Origin: Cyanophora paradoxa CCMP329 | Lineage: Eukaryota > Plantae > Glaucophyta | Direction of reading: 5' to 3' | DNA: 64,000 bases | Assembly (NCBI GenBank): GCA_004431415.1 | Contig: QPMI01000542.1 | Span: forward strand, 372,001-436,000 | Shown: piece by piece, positions 25,401 to 37,100 of the stretch | Numbering within the stretch: position 1 is the first letter of the stretch | Layout of the letters: each line of letters begins with the position of its first letter | Notes under the pieces: generated by a model | The model's input: only the letters and a program-made list of their open reading frames with translations | The model's database searches: none | What the model was told of the DNA's origin: nothing | Position numbers and translations under genes: made by a program

Positions 25401-28400
25401 CTCAGGAACCAGGTACCCCGCCCCGCTCCCCTCGGCGGGCCGCCTCCGCCGCCGCTGCCGACGCTGGCGACGCGCCGCGCGTCGCAGGCGGCGGCGGCGC
25501 GCAAGAAGCCTCCGGTGGCGCCGAGGAAGCCGGGGGCTGGGCCCGGCGGGCACAGCCGGCAGCCTAGCGGCGACGGCTCCGAGGGCGGCTGGGGCGACGA
25601 GGCGGGGAAGGCGAGGCGGGGCGGCGGGGGCGGCGGGGGCGGGGGCGGCCACCCGCCCCGGCCACCGGCGGCAGATCAGCGGCGCCGGGAGCGTCGCGAG
25701 CGCAGCGACGTTCGAGGAGCGCGCGAGCGGCGTCGACGGCGAGGAGGAGGATGCGGAGGAGGCGGGCGGGGAGGAGGAAGGGGAGGAGGGCGAGGGCGAG
25801 GACGAGGAGGAGGACGCGGCGGGCGCGAGCGGGTCGGGCGAGGACGGCCCCGGAGGCGGAGGCGACAGGCTCGCGGGCCTGCCGGGCGCCGTCGGCAAGA
25901 AGAAGAAGAAGACGAGGGGGCGGGAGGCAAGGCCGGGGCCGGCGGGTCGGGCGGGGCGGCCGCGCTGGCGCGCTCGCCGCTCGGCCGAACGGCAGCGCGC
26001 CGGGCTCCGCGGGTCCGCATTTGGCCCCGGGGCCGGCGGCGGCCTCGACCGGCGCGCGCCGCGGTCGCGGGGCGGGGCCGGCGACGCGAGCCGCCGCGCC
26101 TCGACCGTGGCCCCCATCGGGTGCGCCCGCGCGCCCCTTGCGTGTCCCGCGCCGCTCGCCTCGCCTGACGGCGCCGCAGGACCGACCTCCTCGCGCGTCT
26201 GACGGCGAGCCACCGCTCGCTGTCCAGCGACGACGAGGAGACCGGCCGCGCCAACGCGCTGGTGCGCCCCCCGCGCGCCCGCGCGCCCGCGCGCCGCTGC
26301 GCTCGTCGTCTAAACTCGACTTACTTCTTCTTCTCCGGCAGTACCACTTGGACGGCGACCGGGACGCAGACGGCGGTCATCTGGTGGTCCAGGTGCTTTG
26401 AACTTCATAACTTCCCGACTTCGACTCCCGTCCCTTGCCTCGCCTGAGCGCGTTTCAGGGGCGCGAGCTAGCGGCCACAGCCGGCCCGGGCCACCACCAC
26501 CACCACTCGGGTCCGTTCGCGTTACCTGCGCGCCGCGCTCGCTCGTCCCCGCCCTCTAGATCTCACGCGAGCCCCGGGCAGGCCGCGACGGGCCCGGGAC
26601 CGCCGGGGGCGCCAACTTCAGCGAGAAGGAGAAGCGGCGCTCGGGCCGCGGGCACTCGCAGCGCGCCAAGCACATCGAGGTGGCGAAGCTTGCCCCGCCC
26701 CCCGCGAATTTCCTGAATTTCCGTCCATCCACGCAGGCGGGCGTGGCGGCGCTGGAGGCGGCGCTGGCGGCGAAGGACCGGCTCGTGGCGGAGCTCCAGG
26801 GACAGCTGGCCGCCCTCCTCGGGCCCGGCGCCAAGGTGCGCCAGGGCGGAGGAGCGGGGCGGACGGGCGGAGGAGCGGGCGGAGGGGCGGGGGGGCCCGC
26901 TGCTGGAGTGGGGCTTTGTCGGGCTTGACGGGGCCGGGCGGGTGGGGGCGCGGGGGTGCGGGCCGGCGGGCGGGGCGTCTGACGGCCTCGGCCCCGCCGC
27001 GCGCGCGCACGCGCAGATCGCGGGCATCGGCGACTTCCCCTCGGCGGGGGCGGCCGCCGCCAGCGCACTCGCGATCGCCACGGGGGCGGGGAGTAGTGGG
27101 ACCTCGCCCTCGCGCGCCGGGCCCGGGCCCGTCCCGCAGGTCAGACCCGCCTCCTTCTTATCGTCCCTCTCTCTAAATATATCTCTCAGATCACGACCAC
27201 CATCTCGAGCTTCCAGCAGATGCAGCAGCAGCAGCAGCAGCAGCAGCAGCACGAGCCGGGAGGGGGCGAGGCCGCCGCCGGGGGCGACGGCGAGCTCCTG
27301 GAGGCGATGCAGGCGCGCCCCCGCCCGCCCTCCCGCCCTCTGAAGCTCCGACCGGATTTTTCAAGCTCGAGCTAAGCTTAGGATCAGATTACTAATTAGG
27401 CTACTAATTACTAGTCGCTGGCCGATAAAGACTCTGGCTTCTAATTGCGTCGCGTCCTGCGCAGGCGGCGCTGGCGGCCCCGGGGGCACCGCTCAAAGAG
27501 TGCGCCGCAGCCGGCCCGGCCCGGCGGCCGGGCCCCGCCGCCGCCGCCGTCGGCTCCCTTTGACCTGTACCCCGGCCTGCCCGCCTCCGCTTCGTTTGCA
27601 GGCTGGAGGCCGTCGAGGAGCTGAGCCACGAGCTCCGCGACACGCTCCGCGTCACGAAGGTCGGCGCGGATTATTTCCTGGAATCGAGCGGGCTTCAAAT
27701 CCCGAAATCGAGCCTCGTCGTGCAGGCGGCGCTGGTGGACGCCATGGCGAGCTTCCGTCACGGGGAGGGCGGGAGGGCGCCGGCGCCGGCGGGGCCGGCG
27801 GGGCCGCCGGGGCCGGCGGGCGGGCTGTGGGGGGCGACGCGGCGGCCATGCTCGGCGGGGCCGCCGGCCACGCGGTGCGGCCGCCCATCTACTCCTACCT
27901 ATCTTCCCAGTTCTTTTGACTCTTATATCAAACCTTAATATCAAACCTTTACTTGTATCTTTCCAGCTCGTTTGGCGCCTTGATGAATGTTCCCCGGCAG
28001 GAGGGCCCCGGGCACGCGGTGGCCAAGGCCTACACCTTCCTCGAGCGCATGGAGGAGCGCATCCGCCAGGCCCGCAAGGTGCGGGGGGGGGGGAGGGGGG
28101 GGGGGCGAGGCGAGGCGGGGGAAGGGGAGGGGGAGGGGGGCGTTCCGACCCGCCTCGTCTCGAGCGAGGAGGACGCTCACCTGAGCTTCGGCGCAGCGGT
28201 TCGACGCGAAGCGGCTCAGGATCCTGGAGGACGAGCGGAGGCGGGTCGAGACGCTGTGCGCTCGTTCAAGCTTCCCCCCCCCTCTCCCCCCCCTTCCCCC
28301 TCCCCCCCCCCCCCCCCCCCTTCTTTCTTTCTGTTCCCTGACGTTTCTTCTGGCAGGGTGCGCTTCGTGGGCGTGGTGGTGTCGAGGCAGCAGCAGCACC

Positions 28401-28983
28401 AGCAGCAGGGGGCCAGGGCGCCGGGGCCCCTCGGCCCCGTCGTCAAGCAGATCCTGCCCCCCATCAACAGCCAGGTGGGGGTGGGCTTTACATTTCGCTC
28501 CCTTTCATCGTCTTCGTCCTCGCTTTCCTCGAGCTGAGCTTCCGAACAGCACTCGCCAACGAGGAACGGCGTCACGGGCCCGACGCCCTTCGACCAGACC
28601 GCATCGCCCTCCGAGGCGCGCCCGCCCGAGTTTTCTAGGCTCGCCCCTCTGCCTCTTACTTTGTCCTGCGTGCCGTGCAGGCGGCCGCGATGGCGCTGAC
28701 GTTCTCGCCCCTGCGGACGATCGCGGTGGGGCCGAAGCCCATGGGCCATCCCGCGTCCATGGTCCTCCGGGGCTCGGTACCCCCCCGGAACGAGTCCCCC
28801 ACGCGCCTGCGCCAGTCCGGCTCCTTCGGGGCGCCCGGCGGCGGGCCCGGGCACGGCCTGGGCGCCTCGTCCTCGCTCCCCGCGCTGCACGCCCGCGGGC
28901 CGGGGCCCTCTCCGGGGCCGGCAGGCGGCAAGCGGGCGACAATGCAGAGGCGGAGCCAGGGTGATTTCCAGCCTTTACTCTAG
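22429..28983 (+). CDS. Multi-exon hypothetical coiled-coil protein with acidic and Gly/Pro low-complexity segments
   Basis: Spliceable exons include MARRPSASEAARVQGAQTIELVRKIAARAE, IDHFMSELSNVMHAIVKE, LSAEFARMKAELGEAREELERAKY, EEATQAKARARAAEDELTEVADALKKR, AGVAALEAALAAKDRLVAELQGQL and KAYTFLERMEERIRQARK|RFDAKRLRILEDERRRVETL. The last exon ends QPLL-TAG at 28983. No family recognised; it could be two genes. Confidence 0.65.
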
Positions 28984-29129
28984 CTAGTCTTAGAAAATGG
29001 ACTCAGGCTGTGCATTTCTAGATCTTGATTCATTCAATGTCAGCGTCGACGTCTATATATAATATAATATATATAGCACTAGCACCTGCCAATGTGCAAC
29101 GTCGCGGGCGACTGTAGTTCCTCGTGCTC

Positions 29130-29267
29130 TTTTTTTGGAAAGTCTGCTCCATTCGTACACACATGACAGCAGTCCCCCGCTCCGCGCCTACCGGATACTG
29201 GGAAGCCTAGCTACACTGAGGAAAAGGACGAGCTCGGTTCCACAGCTTGTTGTCGTAGTCGAGCTGA
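29130..29267 (-). mobile_element. Non-LTR family D, 138-bp 5'-truncated copy with poly(A) and a 17-bp TSD
   Basis: T7 at 29130-29136. TSD tgtagttcctcgtgctc at 29113-29129 and 29268-29284. The body is a near-identical reverse complement of 62658-62797. Confidence 0.85.
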
Positions 29268-29437
29268 TGTAGTTCCTCGTGCTCGTTCTCCTTATTTGCT
29301 GCGTCCCCGTGCTCCTCGTCGTTCTAGTGTGACTAGTAATTCTGCGTCGACGCCCTTGAGTTCTTCTACTCCTTCTCCTCGTGCTCGTTCTCCTTATCTT
29401 TTGCGTTCTTCTGATCGTGTCCCTTCTCGTGATCCCT

Positions 29438-32400
29438 GCGATAAGAATCACGCCTTCGAATCCCGCCCGCTCCACATAATTCCGATCGATCATTTCCCAC
29501 CTTGCCTGTATACGCCCCCGCAGTGCTGGAGTAGACTAGAGGCTGTGGCCGGTAATTCCTCGAGCTCCAATTCAATTCTGTCCCGTTTGGGCCTATCCTC
29601 GAGCTCCAATTCAATTCTGTCCCGTTTGCTCCCGCTGCATGTTTGCTTCAGCGCTGTCTTCCTCTCTCTTCGTCGCGGGACCCTGCCTGGCCTTTTTGTT
29701 CTTGGCGCAGGCCCTTCGGCCTTTCTTTCTCTTGATAATCTTGCGTTCACTTTCGCTCGTATGCTCCCTCTCCGCCTCTCCTCTGTTCGTCGCTTCTACT
29801 GCCTTGAGGTCCAGCGGCTTCGCGATGTGTCTAGCCACGCTCAGATGCCCGATGCTAAGTGGGGGTTTCCCGGCGCCTTGTCTCCGTCCCGTCTTCCTAA
29901 TCTTGTCGTCCTTCAGTGTTTCCCGATGCTTTGGATCGATGCTCTTTACCGTTTGCATTTCAAATTGTATCGTTTGGGCGAGCAACAGTCGCCCCGCCGT
30001 CGTTTCTGTCGGGTTTGTAATGACGGATCTGCTCGCTCTCACGCGCACGTTTTCTCTGAGTGCCCGCTTTCTCGTTCGTTCTGGATTTCATTCGTGAGCG
30101 CCTGAATTCCTGGGCTTCTACTCTTCCACCGGATGAGCGTGAAGAGGTCGCAGTGCCTGAGCTCTCTCTCTTCCACATCCTCTCGGTTCCGGATTTATCT
30201 GGGCCCATTTTGCGCAGTAAAGTTAACCCCGCCTTCTGCCTTCGCTCACTTGGAGCGATCCTTGCTGGCGTATTTTCCATCCAACAGGTTGCTCGCGCTC
30301 GGTGCGATCTTGAGGAGGCTGACATTGATGCGCCTTCTTACAACCGCGCCGCGCTTGTTGCCGCCTGGGACAGAAATATGTCGTACCTCGAGTTCACCCT
30401 TTCGCAGGCTTCGGCCTTGTTGGAGGAGCGGCGCGCTCGCTTGGCTGCTGCTGACGCTGATGATCAGGCTGCCTCGGATGATGACGCACATGATTCAGAG
30501 TCTGGTACCGGTTCTCATCGTTCTAGTTCAAGCTCTGATTCTGACTCGTCCGGCGCTCCTTCTTCGGGCGGTGCTGACAACCTCGTCTCTTCGCGTGACA
30601 TCGATTCTGTCCTCCGGAATCCTGCGGAGTTTGCCGTTCGTGGGAATGTCCCGTTGGGGATCCCTGGTGGTCGCCCGCCTCCTGCGCCGTCCCCTCCTGC
30701 TCTGGCCCCTGTAGTGACCCTTGGCCCATTCCTATTCCTGCTCTCGCTGCCCCTCTCGACGCTCCTTTCCCCCATTCCCTGCGGTCCCGATCCCTGTGCT
30801 CCTTGGCCCTCTGGCCCCGCCTCTGCCTCCTCCCTCCTTACAACTTGCTGTCACGGGCCTCTTCACTTGCCTGTTCCCCGGCAGGTCCCTGGTCATCTTG
30901 CAGCTCCATACCCCTTCTTACCTCTTCCCCTTGCTCCTCCACTTCCGCCCCTGCGAGGCCCTCTTTCTGACGTCCTCCTGGTTCAGCCCCCTCTTCAGCC
31001 CATCCTTCTTGCCCCCGCTTCTGCAACTGTGACGCTGGGCGGCACTATCTTTTTGCATGCCCTCCCGCCTCTACGTCCCCGGTCTCTTTGCGTCTGCATC
31101 CACTTTCCCGGATCCGCTTGCAGGCCCCCTCGCCTCCAGAGCTCGCCATCACTTCGGCCTCCCTCGCCTCCGCTCTCGATTCTCCATACCCTTCGAATAG
31201 CCGCCTCCTCTCTCCTCCTCCGCCCTCCCTCCCCCCCTCGAGCTCCGGGTCCTCGGCCTCTGCCCCGCTTCCGAGTGTTGGCGAGACTGTCCTCTTTTCG
31301 ATCTCCCCGTCATTCCGGCTCCCTGCTCCCCTTCGGCGCCTCGGGTCCCATCTGCGGGTCCTATCCCGCTTCCTGGCGCTCGTGAGATTCGCCGCCGGCG
31401 CCCTCGTCGGGCCCTTGCGCCCTCGAGCTCGTCTCTCTCTGCACCGCCCATGGCCATGACCTCCGTGTCATCTGCTCCGGCGCCACCCGACCTTTCTCCT
31501 GCTTTGCTGCCCTCTCTTCGGCGCCGGCAGCGATCCCCGTCACCTGCTCGTGGCCCTTCCCCTGCCTCCGACCCTTCCTCGGCCCCCTCCTCGCCTCTTC
31601 CGTCTCGTCGGCCCCCGCCGCATTCCCGTCGGCGGATCTCTCGATCGACCCTGGACTCTCCGCCTGCCACTGTCTGCGGGTACCTCCGCCGCCGTGTTCG
31701 GCGCCGGCTGTCAGTACTTTGCTCGGTAGCTCCCCCGTCGTGGCTCCTCGGGGCCTCTTCGTCGTCGTCGTTCGCTGGGTTCCGGCTCCGGGTCAGATTT
31801 CTCGCCGGGCTTACCTTCTCCTGGCTCTGCTCCTGGGCCCTCAGCTCCGGGACCGGCTTCCCCGATCTCCTTCCGGACTCGTGGTCGTACCCGTCGCCGG
31901 CTTGCCGAGCCTGCGGCTCCTTCTACTTCCCCCCGGCGGTTTGCCGGGCCGGACCCTCCGGCCTTTGTTCTTGATACCGGACTACCGCCTTTGTCCTTGT
32001 CTTCTGCTTCGCTGGTCGCGATCGTATCCCGCCGGCGCCGGCGTACTTCTTCGTCTTCTAGTTTAGTTCGGTCTGGTTCGGATTCTGATCGTAGTGTTGA
32101 TGCTAGAGTTAGTTTCAATACTAGCTATAGTCCTCGTGCTCGACCTGTTGTTCGCCGTCGTTTGCAGTTCGATTGCCCGCCTCGACCCCGGCCGGCTTTA
32201 GTGATTCCTTTGACTGTTCTTTTGCCTGCTCTTGATCCGCCTGCTCCGCCTCCTGTGTCCTCCTCGACCTCGTGCCGTAGCTCTGCCCTTTCGCATCGTC
32301 CTGCTTCGCCTCCACCTCCATGTCGTCTTGTTGTTCCTCTTACTTGTCTTCTTCCTGTTATTTATCTTTCTCAATTTTGTCCCCCGCTTCTTAGTGATGT

Positions 32401-33894
32401 AATTCCTTCTGATATTGATGGTATCTCTAGCTCTGGCTCTTCTTCGTGTCAGTTATCCTCTAGCTCTGGCTCTTCTTCGTGTCAGTTATCCTCTGTCCCT
32501 AGATCTGCTCGATTTATCGTCTCTTCTCGCAATCGATCTGTCTCGAGCTCTGTGTCTTTCCTTTTTTATTGTCGATTTTGGCTCTTTGTCTTATCTTTCT
32601 TTTTTTTTTTTTGAGAGACTACGGTGGGGCGAACCCCCCGTAGGTAGTGATATTAAAGACAACAAAGCAATCATAAATCAAAGATACAGTAAACTAGCAC
32701 AAAATATATACAGAATCAAGAGGGATCACGAGAAAGGACACGATCAGAAGAACGCAAAAGATAAGGAGAACGAGCACGAGGAGAAGGAGTAGAAGAGCTC
32801 AAGGGCGTCGATGCAGAAGTACTAGTCACACTAGAACGACGAGGAGCACGGGGACGCAGCAAATAAGGAGAACGAGCACGAGGAACTACAGTCGAAGACG
32901 AAGATCTAGACGAAGACGACAAGACAGAGCTAACAGCAGAACTAGAAGACGTAGTCGCAGGAGGCAAAGGCGGTAGAACAGTAGGAGAGGCGAAACGTAG
33001 GACACCACTAGAGGGGAAAGTCGAAGCTGGCGGAGTGTCTAAACGGAATCGAGATTGTAGAGTTGGTAAAACAATGGACGGCTGAAGACTAATCTGAGGA
33101 ACTGGGGACGACACGAGGAAAGGGGCAGAGCTCGGGTGCAGACTCGGAATCGGCAGTATAAGAGGAGGGGCGAAACGCAAGCCAGTAGTGACAGGGAAGG
33201 CAGACGATGGGGCTGAACCAGGCGGGAGAGGCAAATATAGCGAAGTAGAAGAGAGAGAAGGGTACACACGAGGAACGTCACCATACACAAAATACTCGCT
33301 GCCAAAAACTATACGGTCTGACGGTCGCTGAAGATAAAGAGGCGGAACTGCCTGAGGGCTAACAGTGAGAGATGGAGGAGGAAGAGGCAGAGCTAACGAC
33401 AAAGGGAACGGAATCAAAGGTACAGGGAAGGCATGGAATACACGAGGAACTGGAAGGTGGAGGGGCCAGTGCTCCTAACTAACATCGATGAAGCATCTGA
33501 TGGAGGTGACGGCAAAACAACTGAGGGTAAACTAAGTTGAGGTGAAGCGAAGATTGATACAAGACTATCATGAATCAAAGGGGGCCATGCAGGAACCGGC
33601 GGGCGAGGTGGATCTGGCGGGACAGCCAGAGGGGAAGCCGAAGGTACAGGAGAGGAAAGCCGCAGGCGCCGAGACACATGGACAGGGGACGGATCGGCAT
33701 CGGGAGGCAAGGTTGAATTCGACGGAGACCGGGGGCGGCGAATTGTCTTATCTTTCTTCGTGCTCTTGTCTTAGTTATTTTGCTATTTTGTCTCTATGCC
33801 CCCTGGGCAGCCCCCGCAGTGCTGGTGTCTAGAGACTGTGGCCGGTAATTCACCAAAAAAAAAAATGTGGCCGGTAATTCACCAAAAAAAAAAA
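29438..33894 (+). mobile_element. Non-LTR family B (LINE-like), 5'-truncated and degenerate, with a 14-bp TSD and a doubled 3' end
   Basis: TSD ttctcgtgatccct at 29424-29437 and 33895-33908. A zf-RVT-like CCHC finger CRVCNDGSARSHAHVFSECPLSRSFW lies at 30007-30084, followed by a frameshift and a long Ser/Pro-rich tail. The element ends with tgtggccggtaattcacc-A11 twice (33837-33865, 33866-33894). Confidence 0.85.
32601..33742 (-). mobile_element. Non-LTR family A, 1.14-kb 5'-truncated copy A2 inserted in the 3' UTR of element B
   Basis: Poly(T) at about 32600-32612. TSD ttgtcttatctttc at 32586-32599 and 33743-33756. A Pro/Ser-rich ORF lies at 32716-33417. Confidence 0.85.
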
Positions 33895-34177
33895 TTCTCG
33901 TGATCCCTCTTGATTCTGTATATATTTTGTGCTAGTTTACTGTATCTTTGAGTTGTGATTGCTTTGTTGTCTTTAATATCACTACCTACGGGGGGTTCGC
34001 CCCACCGTAGTCTCTCAAAAAAAATTTGATCGGCTTGCAATTGATCATGAGGGTACGGCGCGGCTTGACCAAGCTTGCGGCTAGAGGCTTAGAGGGGTAC
34101 GCGCTCGTAGGTCGCTGAGCGCGTGCGCCGACGCGCCGTCCGCGCCTCCGGGGCACCGGGAAGACCCGGGCTCCCGG

Positions 34178-37100
34178 ATGTCGCTCCCGGGAGATGAAGA
34201 GGGTGAGCATCGCGCCGTGGCTGCGCTGCGGGGCTCGCCGTTCAAAAGCACCCTGCCCCGCGGGCCCGGCGGCCGCATAAGCTTGCAACGCACATGTCTG
34301 TGACCTCGCGCGCGCAGGCTACTTGTCCCCGCTCGGCTCTCCGATCCTCGACGGCGACGACGACGAGGAAGATGGCGGCGAGCTCAAGGAGCTCGAGGCG
34401 TGCGAGGCGCAGGAATCTAAAACGGCCCCGGAGGATTCCGGCGCGCTCTTGCAGGATCAAGACAGCTCGGCCCCAGCAGCTGCGATGCGCGGAGCTTGCG
34501 AGTCGTCGGGCAGCATAACGGGCGCATGCGTGAGCTTGGACGTCGACGATCTGTATGATCCGGAGCTGGACACTTTGGCTGCAGCTGCAGCGGTGCGAGC
34601 AGCACGCGCACACGAGGCTCCGGATCCGGAGGCGCTGCGCGAGCCAGCCCATACTGTTGGCGACCTGGCCACAGCGCTCCTGAGTCTCGCGCGGCGCCTC
34701 GCGTGTCCCGGCGGCCGCGTGGAGACGGCTTCTCTGCGGCAGCAGTTCGCCGCGTGGCACAGGGTGCGCCCCGCTTTCTCTGCGCTCTCCTTCGTTCTCT
34801 GATCGTGGCCGGGCCGATCGATCGATCGCAGGCCGTCTCGTGCGCGCCTTCGTGGTCGAAAGACGAGGAGCACTCAGTCGAGTCCGTGCTCGCGAAGCTG
34901 GGGATACCCGAAGTTAGCCCCCCCCCCCCCCTCCCCCCCCCTTCCCCCACCTCCCCCGGGCGCTCACAATCGGGCCCGTCGTTTTCAGGCGAGCGCTGAG
35001 GACTTCTCCGGAGACGAGGTACCCCCCCACCCACCCCTCGTCCCCCCCCCCGCTTCCCCCCCCCCCCCCCACATCCCCCCCCCCCCCGCGCGCCGCCTCC
35101 CCCCCCCCCCCCCCCCCCCTCCCCCCGCCCCCTCTTCCCCCCTGTTCGGCTCCTGCGGTGCTGACTCCTCCGGCCGCAGGCGGTCCTGCGGCTCCTCGAG
35201 GGGCGCGCGCGCCCCGCCCCGGGCCACGGCCCCGCCCTCCTGGAGCTCCTGGCCCCCGCCGGCCCCGGCCCGCTCCCCGCGGGGCTGCGCATGCGGCGCC
35301 CGCGCCGGAGGCCCCCGCCCGCGGCCCGGCTGCGGCCCCGTCGTCGTCTTCTGCATCGCCCCCCGTTCCGCCGGGGCGGCCGGCGCCCTCTTCCGTCGCG
35401 ATCGGCGCTCCGGCTGGCACGCGGCTGCAGCCCGCGACGCCGCCTTCCGACCCCCTCGAGCTCGACTCGGAGTCGGAAGGCCCGGGCCTAAGAGGTCCCC
35501 TTCCAGAACCGCGGCGGGGCGGGGCGCACGCGTTCGAGGCGGCGCAGCCGCAGCCGGCGGCGGGGCCGCCCCAGGCCCTCAAGCTCCAGCTGCCGCTCTT
35601 CGCCCAGGTACGGTCGGGCCTCCCTCGTCTCGCGCGCGCCTCGCGCGCTTCGTTTCGAATTCGGGCGAGCTGACGGGAGGGGCAGGGCCGGCCGGTGTTG
35701 CAGCGCGTGCCCAAGAGCGCCGAAGCACTCCGCCTGGCGATACTCGAGATCGTGCGGGCGTGCTCTGGCCTCGGGCCGATGCCAGTGGCGGCCCTGCAGG
35801 CCCGGTTTGCGGACTGGTACAGGGTGCGCCAGGCTCTGGCTCGAGGCGCTGTTAACATATATAAGGACGCCCGGCGCCCGCGCCAGCGGACGTGCGATGC
35901 CTCTTATTGCGTTTCGCAGAGCGTTGCTACGCAGCACGGGTACGTCTGCAAGAGGGGGGGGCAGCCCCTGTCGGGCTACGAGCTGCCGGATGTCTACTGG
36001 GACGTGTGCGGGCAATCGGTGCGCACCTTTAATCTGATCTGCGGGCAGCTCGCGGCCGCCGTGGTCTAGATCTGCATGCATATGCGTGGTGAACTTGAAC
36101 TGAAACGTGCTCGCAGTCGCAGGCGCATGTAGCGAAGCTGCCGTTTGAGCGCGTTCTGCGGAAGCTTGTGGCGGCGTACGTTTACATGGAAGGGTCGAAG
36201 GGCACCGGCCCCACCGTTCGCTTGCCTTCCGGCGGCGAGCTCCTCACGGGCCACCCGACCGGACTGAGCCGCTCGGTTCCAAGTAGCATCGAGCAACTGC
36301 GGGTTGCACTTCAGGGGATCCAGCGGCAGCTTCTCGGAATCAAGGTGCGCTTGCAATTCCGATCGGCAATATCTGGGAATTCCGCAAATATGATTCGTTC
36401 TTGCAGAAGGAGGCTGGACCGCTGGCTGTTCTTCGCGAGTTCGCGGCGTGGCTGGATCGGGTCGGCCTCTCGTATCGCCAGTCATCGTTTGCCCCGCGAG
36501 AGGGCCCGAGGACCTCGAGCTCCGCCGACGACGCGGCGCGGTTCCTGTCCCTCTACCGGAATCTGCCCGGGAGCCGCCCCGTGCGCTGCCCCTCGCGATC
36601 GCGCTTCTGCAGGCGCTTCTGTCCATTTCGTTCTTCGCGCATATGCATGACGCTTCGAGGCAGGAACTGAGCGCAGAAGACGCCGTCTCTGGGCTCCTGC
36701 CGCCCCATCCTTTCTTTACGGGCCCTGCGGATCCCGCGGCCGACCAAGGCGCCAGCCCGGGCAGACCGGACCTGCAGGAGCTCCTGAGCGAGTTCCAGAG
36801 TGCCCCGAAGACGGCTGAAGAGTTGGCGGTCCGATCCGTCTCCCGATCCCTGCTCGCCATCTCGCACGACCTTTCTGCGCATGCAGGCCGTCGTGCGGGC
36901 GGCGGCGCGGGCGGTGGCGAGGAATTGCGTGCTGCAGTGGTCGAGGAACGCGTACTCCGCGAGGTGCAATCGCCTCAACGTGATGTGCCGCAGAACTTTC
37001 TCGTGCTTCTTCGGGTGGCACGCGGTCCGTGGCCTGCCCTCTATAGCTATCGCGACTGCACCTTTAATCATGTCTCACGATGAATTTTAATCCCGCCCTC

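Larger units (their letters stand above)
29109..34024 (+). mobile_element. Non-LTR retrotransposon family A, short 3'-end copy A1, split into three pieces by later insertions (29109-29129, 29268-29437, 33895-34024 including A8)
   Basis: The pieces are colinear with the reverse complement of the family A copy at 32601-32892. They end in ...ccgtagtctctc followed by poly(A). Confidence 0.8.

Noticed and set aside
13565-28942. Many long Pro/Arg/Gly-rich ORFs in the track (also 55636-57339)
   Set aside because: These are shadow or intron-read-through frames caused by high GC and C/G tracts. The real coding signal is in short spliced exons.
29438-33894. Penelope-like element with hammerhead ribozymes
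   Set aside because: I found no hammerhead core (CUGANGA...GAAA) in a proper stem context and no GIY-YIG motif. The zf-RVT-like finger, poly(A) and TSD fit a LINE.
32601-34024. About 130-bp inverted repeats suggesting a TIR DNA transposon or DIRS element
   Set aside because: They are two oppositely oriented 3' ends of non-LTR family A, each with poly(A), and the TSDs explain the arrangement. No transposase or tyrosine recombinase was seen.
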